A stretch of 38,896 nucleotides of DNA from NCBI GenBank assembly GCA_030679635.1, contig JAUXSZ010000177.1, positions 1-38,896 on the forward strand, read 5' to 3'. Below, piece after piece: positions 20,138 through 29,714 of the stretch. Position 1 is the stretch's first letter, and each line of letters opens with the position of its first letter. Origin of the DNA: Sulfuricurvum sp. GTDB lineage: Bacteria > Campylobacterota > Campylobacteria > Campylobacterales > Sulfurimonadaceae. The notes beneath the pieces were generated by a model. The model was not told the DNA's origin. It made no database searches and saw only the letters and a list, made by a program, of their open reading frames with translations. Made by a program: the position numbers and the translations under genes.

Positions 20138-21862
20138 TTAGGTGCTGCAAGCGATTTCGCTTGTTAAGGGATTGACCTTAAACTTACTGATTTCTACCCC
20201 TTTCATATCCATCACGTGTACCGAGCATGCCATACATGGATCAAACGAGTGAATGACTCTTAATACTTCCAGCGGTTTGGTCGGATCTTCGAGCTTCAAT
20301 CCGACCAATGAGGCTTCATAGGGACCCACTTTGCCATTTCCATCCATGGGACCTGCATTCCATGTGGTCGGTACGACTGCCTGATAATTTTCGATCACAC
20401 CGTTTTTTATACGAACCCAATGCCCCAGTGTGCCGCGTGGCGCTTCACCGAGAAAATGCCCTTTATACTCTTTATGGGGATCAATCTCGAACTTCGTGTA
20501 GGTACTGTCATCACTTTTGATGTTCTCTACGAGAGAGTTAAACGTGATGATTGCATTATCGGAGATTAACTTGGTCTGCAGCATTCGTGCAGCCGTACGA
20601 CCCAGCGTTGTAAAAAGTGCTGCAACCGGCAATCCGGTCCGTTTTAAAAAGTCGTTCACCTCTTTTTTTACTTTTTCATGGCCTCTGGCATAATTCACCA
20701 GCAAACACGAAAGAGGCCCCACTTCCATCGGCTCTTTATCATAACGGGGTGCTTTAACCCAGCTGTATTTATCTTTTTCATTGATGATTTTGGCTTTGCC
20801 GTTGACGGTATCACCCTCAATAAATCCGGTATACTCCTGCTCGGTTACACCATCATATGGGTGTAGCGGTTTATCTCCTTTGTACCAGGCATGCGTAACA
20901 TCCTCTTCAATCTTCCTATCATCAATATCATAGACTTTGGAGATATCGCCGTTTTTGATATAGCCGCTTTGAAAAAGAGTGTCTGTGCGGGTTAGTAAAA
21001 AAGCATCTGCCGTCAGAAAATTCTTGACACTGACACCGCCCAGTACACTGGGTTCCGTGCCATACGCATCGGCTGCCATGACAATATCCGCATAATAGGC
21101 ACGATCAATGAAATCTTTCACAATTTCGTATTTGGATTTCCACTCCGCCAAACGTGTCGGGCTTAACACATCACGTACGCAGGTAACACCGCCGACAACC
21201 AAACTTTGCGGATGCGGCTGCTTGGCACCGAATATCGCAAACATCTGTGCTGCAATACGCTGCACTTCAAGTGCCTTCAGGTAGTGTGATAGAGCAATCA
21301 GATTTTGCTCAGGAGAAAATTTATACGTTTTATTCCCCCAGTACGCATTGGCAAACGGCCCCATTTGCCCCTTCGCCACAAAACCTTTGACCCGCTGCTG
21401 TACGGCCGTCAGTTCATCTGTACCGGTGGCAATCGGAAGATCGGTGTAGTTAAAGGCCAGTTCGGACGCACGTTTGGGATCGGCACTCAGCGCAGAAACG
21501 ATATCAACCCAGTCCAAGCCGTGGAGATGGTAAAAATGGACGACATGGTCATGCATATAGAGGGACTCATTTAAAAGGGAACGGACTAATTTGGCATTGT
21601 AAGGGGGCTCGACACCCAAGGCATTTTCAACCGCCTCAATACCTGCTTTATAGTGCGAATAGGTACAGACACCGCATATACGCTGTGCGATCAGGCCGGT
21701 ATCACGCGGATCCCGCCCTTTGAGGATCAGTTCGATACCGCGCCACAGCGTTGAGGAGGAGTAAGCTTTTTGGACGACATTGTTTTTATCAATTTCGACC
21801 TCAATGCGCAGATGACCTTCGATACGTGTAATCGGATCGATTACTACCCTTTTATGTGCCAT
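20138..21862 (-). CDS. hydB: Group 1b [NiFe]-hydrogenase large subunit
   Basis: TRIEGH, L1 QRICGVCTYSH, L2 SFDPCMACSVH plus a cleavable C-terminal tail. Confidence 0.95.
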   Translation of the reverse strand: MAHKRVVIDPITRIEGHLRIEVEIDKNNVVQKAYSSSTLWRGIELILKGRDPRDTGLIAQRICGVCTYSHYKAGIEAVENALGVEPPYNAKLVRSLLNESLYMHDHVVHFYHLHGLDWVDIVSALSADPKRASELAFNYTDLPIATGTDELTAVQQRVKGFVAKGQMGPFANAYWGNKTYKFSPEQNLIALSHYLKALEVQRIAAQMFAIFGAKQPHPQSLVVGGVTCVRDVLSPTRLAEWKSKYEIVKDFIDRAYYADIVMAADAYGTEPSVLGGVSVKNFLTADAFLLTRTDTLFQSGYIKNGDISKVYDIDDRKIEEDVTHAWYKGDKPLHPYDGVTEQEYTGFIEGDTVNGKAKIINEKDKYSWVKAPRYDKEPMEVGPLSCLLVNYARGHEKVKKEVNDFLKRTGLPVAALFTTLGRTAARMLQTKLISDNAIITFNSLVENIKSDDSTYTKFEIDPHKEYKGHFLGEAPRGTLGHWVRIKNGVIENYQAVVPTTWNAGPMDGNGKVGPYEASLVGLKLEDPTKPLEVLRVIHSFDPCMACSVHVMDMKGVEISKFKVNPLTSEIACST

Positions 21863-21865
21863 AGA

Positions 21866-23011
21866 TCAACTCTCCTTCTCGTCTTTGTTGTTCATGAACA
21901 GACTCGCGACAGAATGGGCTCCAATGCCGACGACGGTACCCGTCAAAAGGGTCGTTCCTATTTTATCAACGGTAGAATTCAGCCCCATGACCAGATGCGA
22001 CTGCAATGGCTGCTCAAGCGGTCCCATCGTATCCCAAAAGTTGGGCTCACTGCATCCCATACACCCATGGCCCGCACCGATAGGCCAGTTCACATGTTGA
22101 TTAAAACGTTCCGTAGAGCAGTTGTTGAAGGTATAGGGCCCTTTACACCCTTGCTTATACAAACACCACCCCTCTTTTGCACCGTCATCGCCAAAACTCT
22201 CTACAAACTCTCCCGCGTCAAAATGGCCGCGACGTTCGCAAAGATCATGAATGCGGTTACCGTAAGCCCATTTCGGACGGCTGTACATATCCAATGCCGG
22301 CAACGTACCAAAGAGGAGATAGTGCATCAAGGTTCCAACGATATTGGCAGCACTTGGGGGACAGCCAGGGACGTTGATCACCGGTTGTTTGACGACTTTG
22401 TCTACCCCTTTTGCTCCGGTTGGGTTTGGTGCAGCTGCCTGAATGCCGCCAAAGCTGGCGCACGTACCGATGGAGAAAATCGCAGCCGCATGGCTTGCCG
22501 CCTCTTGGACAAAGTCAAGCCCTGTTCTGGCGTGCGCGCCCAGCGTCAGATATTGACCGTTCATCGCCGTAGGGACACCCCCCTCGACTAATAATATATA
22601 GCGCCCGGCATAGGTTTTCATGGCATTTTCCAAATTTGCTTCTGCCTGCCATCCGGCTGCCGCCATCAATGTCTCGTGATATTCCAAGGAGATATAGTCA
22701 AAGATAAGAGAGTCAACCGTAGGGGCATCCGAACGGATTAACGCTTCGCTGCATCCCGTACATTCAGCCATATGCAGCCAAATGAGCGGAAGGCGATCGG
22801 CCAGTTTTGCGGCTTGTGCAAACAGCGGGGTAAACTGCGAGGGTAAAGCCAGCATTGCCGTAACACCGGCAGCCCACTTCATAAACTCACGTCGTCCAAT
22901 ACCGCGTTTTTCAAGCATCTGCTCAATCGACTCCTCTTTGGTAGAAGATAAAGAAGACAAAACTGCAATATGTTTTTCTGCTTTTGCATACAGTGCATCA
23001 AACCCGTTCAT
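21866..23011 (-). CDS. hydA: Group 1b [NiFe]-hydrogenase small subunit (Tat-exported, membrane anchored)
   Basis: Tat motif RREFMK, ECTGC standard proximal cluster, PGCP, HDLC, C-terminal TM helix with the conserved His (GIGAH). Confidence 0.95.
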   Translation of the reverse strand: MNGFDALYAKAEKHIAVLSSLSSTKEESIEQMLEKRGIGRREFMKWAAGVTAMLALPSQFTPLFAQAAKLADRLPLIWLHMAECTGCSEALIRSDAPTVDSLIFDYISLEYHETLMAAAGWQAEANLENAMKTYAGRYILLVEGGVPTAMNGQYLTLGAHARTGLDFVQEAASHAAAIFSIGTCASFGGIQAAAPNPTGAKGVDKVVKQPVINVPGCPPSAANIVGTLMHYLLFGTLPALDMYSRPKWAYGNRIHDLCERRGHFDAGEFVESFGDDGAKEGWCLYKQGCKGPYTFNNCSTERFNQHVNWPIGAGHGCMGCSEPNFWDTMGPLEQPLQSHLVMGLNSTVDKIGTTLLTGTVVGIGAHSVASLFMNNKDEKES

Positions 23012-23043
23012 GTTGATTCTCCTATGACAAATAATTATTAATC

Positions 23044-23052
23044 ACTGTACCA
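23044..23052 (-). promoter_or_regulatory. Possible extended -10 (TGGTACAGT) for hydA
   Basis: TGn-TACAGT about 33 bp before the hydA ATG, with AT-rich flanks and an AGGAGA RBS. Confidence 0.35.
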
Positions 23053-23074
23053 CACCTAAAATAATAAATATCTT

Positions 23075-24505
23075 TTACATCAATCCATTCAGCATCAAAT
23101 AGCGGTACATGGGCTTCAATAAGTACAAATCAAAGGCCCACCATATCCATCGCGGCTTAGCCGGATCGAGCGAAAACGAAGGGGCCAACCCGTCATAATT
23201 GAACTCGGCCATAATAATCTCGCCGTACGAGGTTTTGAGCGGACAAACCGTGTAGCCGTCATATTCACCTTTGGGCACTTTACCTTCCATCACGGCGATC
23301 AGATTTTGAACGACGACGGGTGCTTGATGGCGAGCGCTTCCTCCTGTTTTAGCGATCGGTATACCGCATACGTCTCCAATCCCGTAAACATTTTTGTAAC
23401 GGCGGTGCTGCAGGGTGATACGGTCTACTTCCAGCCACCCCTTTGCCGTCCCTTTTTGCCAAGCCAAGGGTGAATTGACAACGGCATCGACCGCAGTGGT
23501 TGGAGGAGAAATATGGATGAAGTCGTATTCGATCATGACATGTTCTTCTTTATCAATCATCTCATACTCTTTGAACTCTTCGTCGTATTTCCCTTGCTCT
23601 TCGTATTTGTGTAAGAACGTTGCCACTTTTTTCTCCGGATCTATCGCGATGAGGTCATGACCGAATTTGTTGGTAATATTTCCGTATCCCTGTTGAACTT
23701 TTTGAATGGCCTCATCGATTTCAGGGATACTAAAGAGCTTTTCACCCGCCGTTGCAAACGTAAAACTGGCCGTGAGTTCGTCCAGTCTTAGGAAATCGTC
23801 GCTCAAATAGAGTATTTTTTGCGGTACTCCCCCGCATTTAAGGGGTGTGGAGGGTTGTGTACAAAGGACACGCGGTGTGGAAGTTTTTGCGGCCTCTTTA
23901 AGCTCCAAGAACCAATTCCTTGTGATTGTCCCCCCTTCTGCGGTTCCGGCTGCCAAATCATTGAGATAGACACTGGAGATACCGTTTTTTCCTATCATAT
24001 CGACGGTGAGCCCCTGAATGTGCTCATAATGGTACTGCGCACCTGTAGCGACAACGAGATAATCGTACTCGACCACTTTCCCAGCTTTGGTCGTGAGCTT
24101 GTTTTTGTCAGGATCAAAGGATGAGACTTCATCTTTGATCCATGTTGTATCATCTCCGATATATCCGGTGTTGTCGAAGATGATATCTTCAGGAGCATAC
24201 TCTCCCGCAGCAACAAAAATTTGCCCCGGTTGATAAATATGTTTTTCGTTCGGAGCAATAATCGTGATATCAGGACGGGAGAGGGCCCGGCGCAGACGTG
24301 CGAGAACCATCAACGCCCCGGCGCCTCCTCCGACTATGACCACGCGTCCTTTTGCGTTCGAAGCCGAAGCGTCCAGTGCGGCAGGGGCTCCTGCGCTTGC
24401 AAGTACCGATGCGGCTACCGGTGAAAGAGCCATCATTTTTAACGCATCACGGCGCGAAAGAATTTCTTTCCCGCTCACTTTTTTCATCATTTCATCGTAA
24501 TTCAT
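23075..24505 (-). CDS. sqr: Sulfide:quinone oxidoreductase-type flavoprotein (type II-like) with Tat signal
   Basis: SRRDALK leader, VVIVGGGAG FAD motif, YQPG, KCGGVPQK and YDGYTVCPL..AEFNY carrying both SQR catalytic Cys. Confidence 0.8.
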   Translation of the reverse strand: MNYDEMMKKVSGKEILSRRDALKMMALSPVAASVLASAGAPAALDASASNAKGRVVIVGGGAGALMVLARLRRALSRPDITIIAPNEKHIYQPGQIFVAAGEYAPEDIIFDNTGYIGDDTTWIKDEVSSFDPDKNKLTTKAGKVVEYDYLVVATGAQYHYEHIQGLTVDMIGKNGISSVYLNDLAAGTAEGGTITRNWFLELKEAAKTSTPRVLCTQPSTPLKCGGVPQKILYLSDDFLRLDELTASFTFATAGEKLFSIPEIDEAIQKVQQGYGNITNKFGHDLIAIDPEKKVATFLHKYEEQGKYDEEFKEYEMIDKEEHVMIEYDFIHISPPTTAVDAVVNSPLAWQKGTAKGWLEVDRITLQHRRYKNVYGIGDVCGIPIAKTGGSARHQAPVVVQNLIAVMEGKVPKGEYDGYTVCPLKTSYGEIIMAEFNYDGLAPSFSLDPAKPRWIWWAFDLYLLKPMYRYLMLNGLM

Positions 24506-24566
24506 ACTGCACCTCTTTGGTAAATTAATCTTCCACAACTAGATTGGCATTTTTGAACGCAACACG

Positions 24567-25211
24567 TTACGCCAAAAGCATGTTTCCGCCCACGAGAACG
24601 GAAAGGGTTCCTACCGCGGCAAATACTCGGCGTACATTTTTAATATTAGTCAATATGTCTTTGTTGATCCACAAAACAACCAAACCAAAAGCAAAAAAGA
24701 CACCCATGACCCCCAGTACAAAGGCAAGGATCATCGATAAATCAACCGCTTGTCCATGGAGGACTCCCAGGGTTACCAACATACCGCGTACCCCGCCGAT
24801 TCCCATCAAAATACCCACGCTAAATGCCGACGTACCGGCATATTCGTGTTTATGTTCATCGCCGAACCAAATGTGTACGTGTTTTTTACCCTCATGAAGG
24901 TGGGATCTCAGATGGATTTTATTCGTATAGACCATCGTGAGGAGATAGATACCGATGAAAATAATCACACACGAGGCGATACTATCGCCATAGGCCAATA
25001 CCGCTTCGGGAATCGTATAATGTTCTAATATTTTTGCGAAGAGAAAAAGCATCATCCCATGTCCTATTGCAAAAGCACCGACACTCAAAAATGTTTTTTT
25101 GGCCTCTTTCCCGATCGAAAAATCGGCAATGGCAGTCAAATGATCCGGCCCGAAAGCATGCAAAATACCATACCAAAAAATCACTGTCAACGTTGCGATC
25201 TCAGTACTCAT
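24567..25211 (-). CDS. Nickel/cobalt transporter (NiCoT/UreH/RcnA-like)
   Basis: LHAFGPDH metal motif, about six TM helices, His-rich loop; coupled to hypF by an ATGA overlap. Confidence 0.8.
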   Translation of the reverse strand: MSTEIATLTVIFWYGILHAFGPDHLTAIADFSIGKEAKKTFLSVGAFAIGHGMMLFLFAKILEHYTIPEAVLAYGDSIASCVIIFIGIYLLTMVYTNKIHLRSHLHEGKKHVHIWFGDEHKHEYAGTSAFSVGILMGIGGVRGMLVTLGVLHGQAVDLSMILAFVLGVMGVFFAFGLVVLWINKDILTNIKNVRRVFAAVGTLSVLVGGNMLLA

Positions 25212-27463
25212 TTTCCCCTCCTTGTGTGATGGTGTCCATAATAGAGCTGTCCCAATGCAATTCCCCCGTCATTGATGGGGGTTTGTTCTTGAAAATAGAC
25301 CTTACACCCTTTTGCTTCCAACCGTTTTACACAGAGGGATAGAAGCGTTTTATTTTGAAATACCCCTCCGCTCAATACGATAGGAAGACCGGGATATAAC
25401 TGCGTAAATTCTTCCATAATCGTAACAAGCGTATGGATAAATCCCGTAGCGATTCTGGTGTATTCTCTTGAGTGTGCCAGTCGGACGATTTCTCGAACCA
25501 TCGGCAATAAATCGATGACGCCGTTTTGAATGGTATACACAAAACTCTCACCAAAATCAGGGTCATAGAACTCTTCCAAGCGACGTCCGCACTCCCCTTC
25601 ATACCCGTTTTCATGGAGGATATCACAAAACGATCCCATCGCATCAAAGACCCTTCCTATGGATGAACACAAAGGAGAGTTGAGCCCTTTTTCCCATATA
25701 GCATGATATAAAGTCATTTCATCGGAGGTGAAGTATTGTAAAAGAGGAAGCTCTAGCTCGCGAATCTCGCTCAGAGGATAGATGTCGAATAACAACGCCA
25801 AAGCGACTCTTTTGGGTTCTTTAATCGCTTTTTCACCACCCAGAAGACGAAACGGTCTGATATGCCCGATCCGCTCACAGTGTATCGGATCGGCCATAAA
25901 AATTTCTCCTCCCCAAATCGTCCCGTCATCGCCGTATCCCGTCCCGTCAAAACAAAATGCGAGGACTTTTTCCTCCAATCCAAACTCCGCCATACATGCC
26001 AATGCATGCGCATAATGATGCTGTACGGCAATGACGCTCACCCCTTGGTTCTTCGCCCATTGTGTTGTGGCATAGGAAGGATGCTTATCGTATACGATCA
26101 CATCGGGAGAAAAATCGTAAAAACGTTTGAAGGTATCGACGGTCCGCTCAAAATACTCCATCCCCTCAATCGTATGGAGATCACCGATGTGAGGGCTCAG
26201 AATCATTTTGTCCCCAAAAGCCAAAGCAATCGTATTTTTTTGCTGGCCCCCCACTGCCAATATTTTCAAGGGGGTGTGCGTTGTGTGAATCACGGTATAC
26301 GGGGAAAATCCGCGTCCTAATCGCAGTGTAATGCGGCGATTTTGTATGATCTGAACAATCGAATCATCGGCTGTATTGACGATATCACGGTTAAAATCGA
26401 CAATGGCATCGACAATTTCACCTAACCGCGCATGAAGCTCTTGTGCGTTGCGTATGATCGGTTCGTCACTGCGATTTGCACTGGTGGCAACCAAAGGAAA
26501 GGAGAGAAGATCAAAAAGGAGATGATGGATCGGTGCATACGCGAGCATTGCCCCGACGGTATCAATATGAGGAGAAATATTGGAAGCCAAATCGGTATTA
26601 AGAGACTTTTTGACCAAAACAATCGGTCGCTCTTTGGAGGTTAGCAATGCTCTTTCTTGATCATCAACACAGACGTATTTGCAAAGCTGATCCCTGTCGG
26701 AGAACATTACGGCAAACGGTTTTTCGGGACGTTTTTTACGCAGCCTAAGCGTTGAAACCGCCTCCTCATTAGAAGCGTCACACAGCAAATGAAATCCGCC
26801 GATCCCTTTGACCGCTACGATCGCACCATTTTTCAAATATTGGGCTGTCTGCTCTATGACAGTGTTGCCCTGGATGATAGGGTACAGCTTAGGATCAACC
26901 ATACACAATACGGGGCCGCATTCATGACAGCTGATCGGCTGGGCATGATAACGGCGATTGCTGGGATCGTCATATTCGGTTTGACAGCGAGAGCACATTT
27001 TAAAGGACTTCATAGAGGTAAAAGCCCGATCGTAAGGGAGTCTCTCTAGGATGCTGTATCGCGGGCCGCAATCGGTGCAGTTGATGAGATAATAGCCATA
27101 ACGGCGATCATGGGGATCGTTCATTTCTGATAAACAGGCCTCACACACGGCAATATCGGGAGAAATAGAAGTCGTTTTGGTGTGATGAATACTTTCTATA
27201 ATATCAAATCTGACGAAGTGTTTTCTCTCTTGCGCGTGAACCGTAATACGATCGATTTTGGCAAGAGATGGGGGATTATTACGCAGCTCAGCGGTAAAAA
27301 GGTCAAGGTCATCGGCGGAACCCTCAATGTCGATGACTACCCCTTCTCCCGTATTGGATACGTTTCCCTGCACGTGATATTTTTTTGCCAATTGATAGAC
27401 AAAAGGACGAAAGCCGACCCCTTGCACCACCCCCTCAATGACGACTCTTAGCCCCTGTTTCAT
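25208..27463 (-). CDS. hypF: Carbamoyltransferase HypF
   Basis: GVVQGVGFRPF, two zinc fingers, KGIGGFH, QHHYAH, NDGGIALGQ. Confidence 0.96.
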   Translation of the reverse strand: MKQGLRVVIEGVVQGVGFRPFVYQLAKKYHVQGNVSNTGEGVVIDIEGSADDLDLFTAELRNNPPSLAKIDRITVHAQERKHFVRFDIIESIHHTKTTSISPDIAVCEACLSEMNDPHDRRYGYYLINCTDCGPRYSILERLPYDRAFTSMKSFKMCSRCQTEYDDPSNRRYHAQPISCHECGPVLCMVDPKLYPIIQGNTVIEQTAQYLKNGAIVAVKGIGGFHLLCDASNEEAVSTLRLRKKRPEKPFAVMFSDRDQLCKYVCVDDQERALLTSKERPIVLVKKSLNTDLASNISPHIDTVGAMLAYAPIHHLLFDLLSFPLVATSANRSDEPIIRNAQELHARLGEIVDAIVDFNRDIVNTADDSIVQIIQNRRITLRLGRGFSPYTVIHTTHTPLKILAVGGQQKNTIALAFGDKMILSPHIGDLHTIEGMEYFERTVDTFKRFYDFSPDVIVYDKHPSYATTQWAKNQGVSVIAVQHHYAHALACMAEFGLEEKVLAFCFDGTGYGDDGTIWGGEIFMADPIHCERIGHIRPFRLLGGEKAIKEPKRVALALLFDIYPLSEIRELELPLLQYFTSDEMTLYHAIWEKGLNSPLCSSIGRVFDAMGSFCDILHENGYEGECGRRLEEFYDPDFGESFVYTIQNGVIDLLPMVREIVRLAHSREYTRIATGFIHTLVTIMEEFTQLYPGLPIVLSGGVFQNKTLLSLCVKRLEAKGCKVYFQEQTPINDGGIALGQLYYGHHHTRRGK

Positions 27464-27468
27464 GACGA

Positions 27469-28011
27469 TTATTCTGCTCTGGCTTGCGGATTGTGATACG
27501 AATCCACGATCTCGTTGAGTGTTTCTATGTGCTCGATTGGGGTTACGCTAATTCCCGCCTCTTGCAATTTTTCGATGACGGTTTGGTTAAATGCCCCAAA
27601 CCGCTCTTTGGCAATAGGACTCAGGTTCATCGCAACGCTTTGGATATCCTCCGGGATTATCCCTATCACACTGACGTGTGCACGCATCCCCATCATGGAG
27701 CCCAGTTCTATCATCTGAGTCACTTCCACCTCATGAACCGTTTTACGGGTATCCCCAAGGCCAAGAAGCGCATCGGAGGGGAGATGATAGATAGATCCTG
27801 CCTCTTCATCAATCGAGAGGGTATCGAGGATGAAAACCTGATCGTATTCGAGCAGGTAATGCATCAGATTAAAACCCAATGTTCCTCCGTCGATGATCTC
27901 AATCATCGGCTCAAAGCGGTAGTTGGTTTGGAGATATTTGGCCGCGTACACCCCTATCCCATCATCGGTAAAAAGGATATTTCCCACTCCGATCACTGCG
28001 ATGTTGCTCAT
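27469..28011 (-). CDS. Second hydrogenase maturation endopeptidase (HyaD/HybD family)
   Basis: VIGVGNILFTDDGIG, IDGGT, TVHE. Confidence 0.92.
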   Translation of the reverse strand: MSNIAVIGVGNILFTDDGIGVYAAKYLQTNYRFEPMIEIIDGGTLGFNLMHYLLEYDQVFILDTLSIDEEAGSIYHLPSDALLGLGDTRKTVHEVEVTQMIELGSMMGMRAHVSVIGIIPEDIQSVAMNLSPIAKERFGAFNQTVIEKLQEAGISVTPIEHIETLNEIVDSYHNPQARAE

Positions 28012-28019
28012 CTGTTCTC

Positions 28020-29714
28020 TTATACGGCACAAACAGTTGATAGTTTATACCGTGACAGCTCTCTGCCCTTGGTATCGATCACATGGACGGCACAGGCCAG
28101 ACAGGGATCGAACGAATGAACGACCCGCAACACTTCCAGCGGACGGGAAGGATCGGAAAGTTTTATCCCGATGAGTGCCTCTTCGTACGGTCCTCGCTGA
28201 CCCGTTGCATCTTTAGGGGATGCATTCCATGTGGTGGGTGCTACTACCTGATAATTGGCAACTTTAGCCTCTTCGATACGGACAAAATGGCTCAAAACAC
28301 CTCTAGGGACTTCGAAGATCCCCTCACCTCTCGCGGTTGTTGCCAATTCCTCAAAAACATACTTCGTCCACGTAGTCTCATCGTAATATTTGATGTTTTC
28401 GATCAAATTGCTCATGAAATCGAACAGATAGTCGCAGCAAATCTGCGCCTCGACGGCACGAGCCGCATTTCGTCCGATACTGGTCGAAAAGTCGATCAGT
28501 GTCATCCTCGTGTCGCTCATAAAACGGTCCATATAGGGTTTGATCACCTTGGACTTTTTGACTACCCCTACGATCATTCGAGCAACAGGTCCCACTTCCA
28601 TGACTTTTCCCTCATAGCGCGGTGCCTTGATCCAGCTGTATTTTCCTTCGGACTTAAGGGTTCCGTCTTCATTTAAATCGGTATAAAACGGGATGCTCTC
28701 TTGGTCATACGGTGAACTTGGGGGATTATTTTCATACCACGAACGGGATGCCTCTTCGGTAATCTTGGCAGGGTCAAACGGTTCTATTGCGTCAAAATCA
28801 TGCCCCGTGATGACCCCCCCCGCAAAGAGCTGTTCATTGTTTCCAAGACGGTATCCGCCACAGCACAAAAAGTTTCCGCTTCCGCGCCCTTCTCCTAGCG
28901 CAATCGACTCTCCGTACGCTTTAACCACCATTTTGATATCGGGGATATACGCCCGCTCTAAAAACTCGCGCACCTCTTTGATGATAAACATAAAGTCGTT
29001 CAGTCTCTGCGGGTTAAGCATATCGGCGACACTTGTCACCCCTCCTACGACGAGATTTTGGGGATGGGGCGTTTTTCCGGCAAAAATAGCGATTGCTTTG
29101 GAGATATCGTGCTGTATCCGAAGGGCTTCGAGATAATGGTTCATATGGACGAGATTCTCTTCCGGAGTGAGCCGATAGGTCTCATGTCCCCAGTATCCAT
29201 TAGCAAAGAGCCCCAATCTCCCCGCTTTGACAAAACTTCCCAGTTTCTCTTTGACACTTTCCAGATGTCCCTGTGAATTGTGATAGGGATTTTCATGATA
29301 CTGCTGCGCAATCTTTACAGCTTTGGCACAGTCGGCCTCCAGCGCACTCGTAATATCAACAAAATCGAGCGAATGGAGGTGGTAATAGTGAATAATATGA
29401 TCCTGCACGAACAGGGCAAGAGTGACAAGATTACGGATGATCTCGGCATTGTGCGGAATGGTGATCGAGTACGCGTCTTCGACGGCGCTGATGGAAGCAC
29501 GGTAATGGACATTTGTACAGACACCGCAAATACGCTGGGCTATCAAACCGATGTCACGTGGGTCACGCCCTTTTAGGATGATTTCGATCCCGCGAAACAG
29601 CTGCCCCGATGCCCACGCTTCGGTCACAACATTCTCTTCATTTACCTCTACTTCGATCCGCAGATGCCCTTCGATACGGGTAACGGGATCGATGACGATT
29701 TTACGGTTACTCAT
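28020..29714 (-). CDS. Second [NiFe]-hydrogenase large subunit, group 1-type motifs
   Basis: TRIEGH, L1 QRICGVCTNVH, KTPHPQNLVVGGVT, L2 SFDPCLACAVH plus a 20-aa tail; collinear with HydB in this window. Confidence 0.93.
   Translation of the reverse strand: MSNRKIVIDPVTRIEGHLRIEVEVNEENVVTEAWASGQLFRGIEIILKGRDPRDIGLIAQRICGVCTNVHYRASISAVEDAYSITIPHNAEIIRNLVTLALFVQDHIIHYYHLHSLDFVDITSALEADCAKAVKIAQQYHENPYHNSQGHLESVKEKLGSFVKAGRLGLFANGYWGHETYRLTPEENLVHMNHYLEALRIQHDISKAIAIFAGKTPHPQNLVVGGVTSVADMLNPQRLNDFMFIIKEVREFLERAYIPDIKMVVKAYGESIALGEGRGSGNFLCCGGYRLGNNEQLFAGGVITGHDFDAIEPFDPAKITEEASRSWYENNPPSSPYDQESIPFYTDLNEDGTLKSEGKYSWIKAPRYEGKVMEVGPVARMIVGVVKKSKVIKPYMDRFMSDTRMTLIDFSTSIGRNAARAVEAQICCDYLFDFMSNLIENIKYYDETTWTKYVFEELATTARGEGIFEVPRGVLSHFVRIEEAKVANYQVVAPTTWNASPKDATGQRGPYEEALIGIKLSDPSRPLEVLRVVHSFDPCLACAVHVIDTKGRELSRYKLSTVCAV

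Noticed and set aside
21770-22591. 273-aa plus-strand ORF and other long shadow ORFs (e.g. 27484-28119, 29551-30237)
   Set aside because: Antisense to well-supported genes, with no recognisable motifs.
21866-23011. O2-tolerant (6-Cys proximal cluster) hydrogenase
   Set aside because: The motif is CTGC without the supernumerary cysteines, and the large subunit has Gln before RICG.
23012-23074. NikR operator upstream of hydA
   Set aside because: AT-rich half-sites exist but not at the 11-bp spacing of the Helicobacter-type consensus.
28020-29714. Calling the second hydrogenase a group 2d or group 3 cytoplasmic enzyme
   Set aside because: The L1/L2 motifs and full-length collinearity with HydB are group 1-like; no group 2 or group 3 signature is seen.
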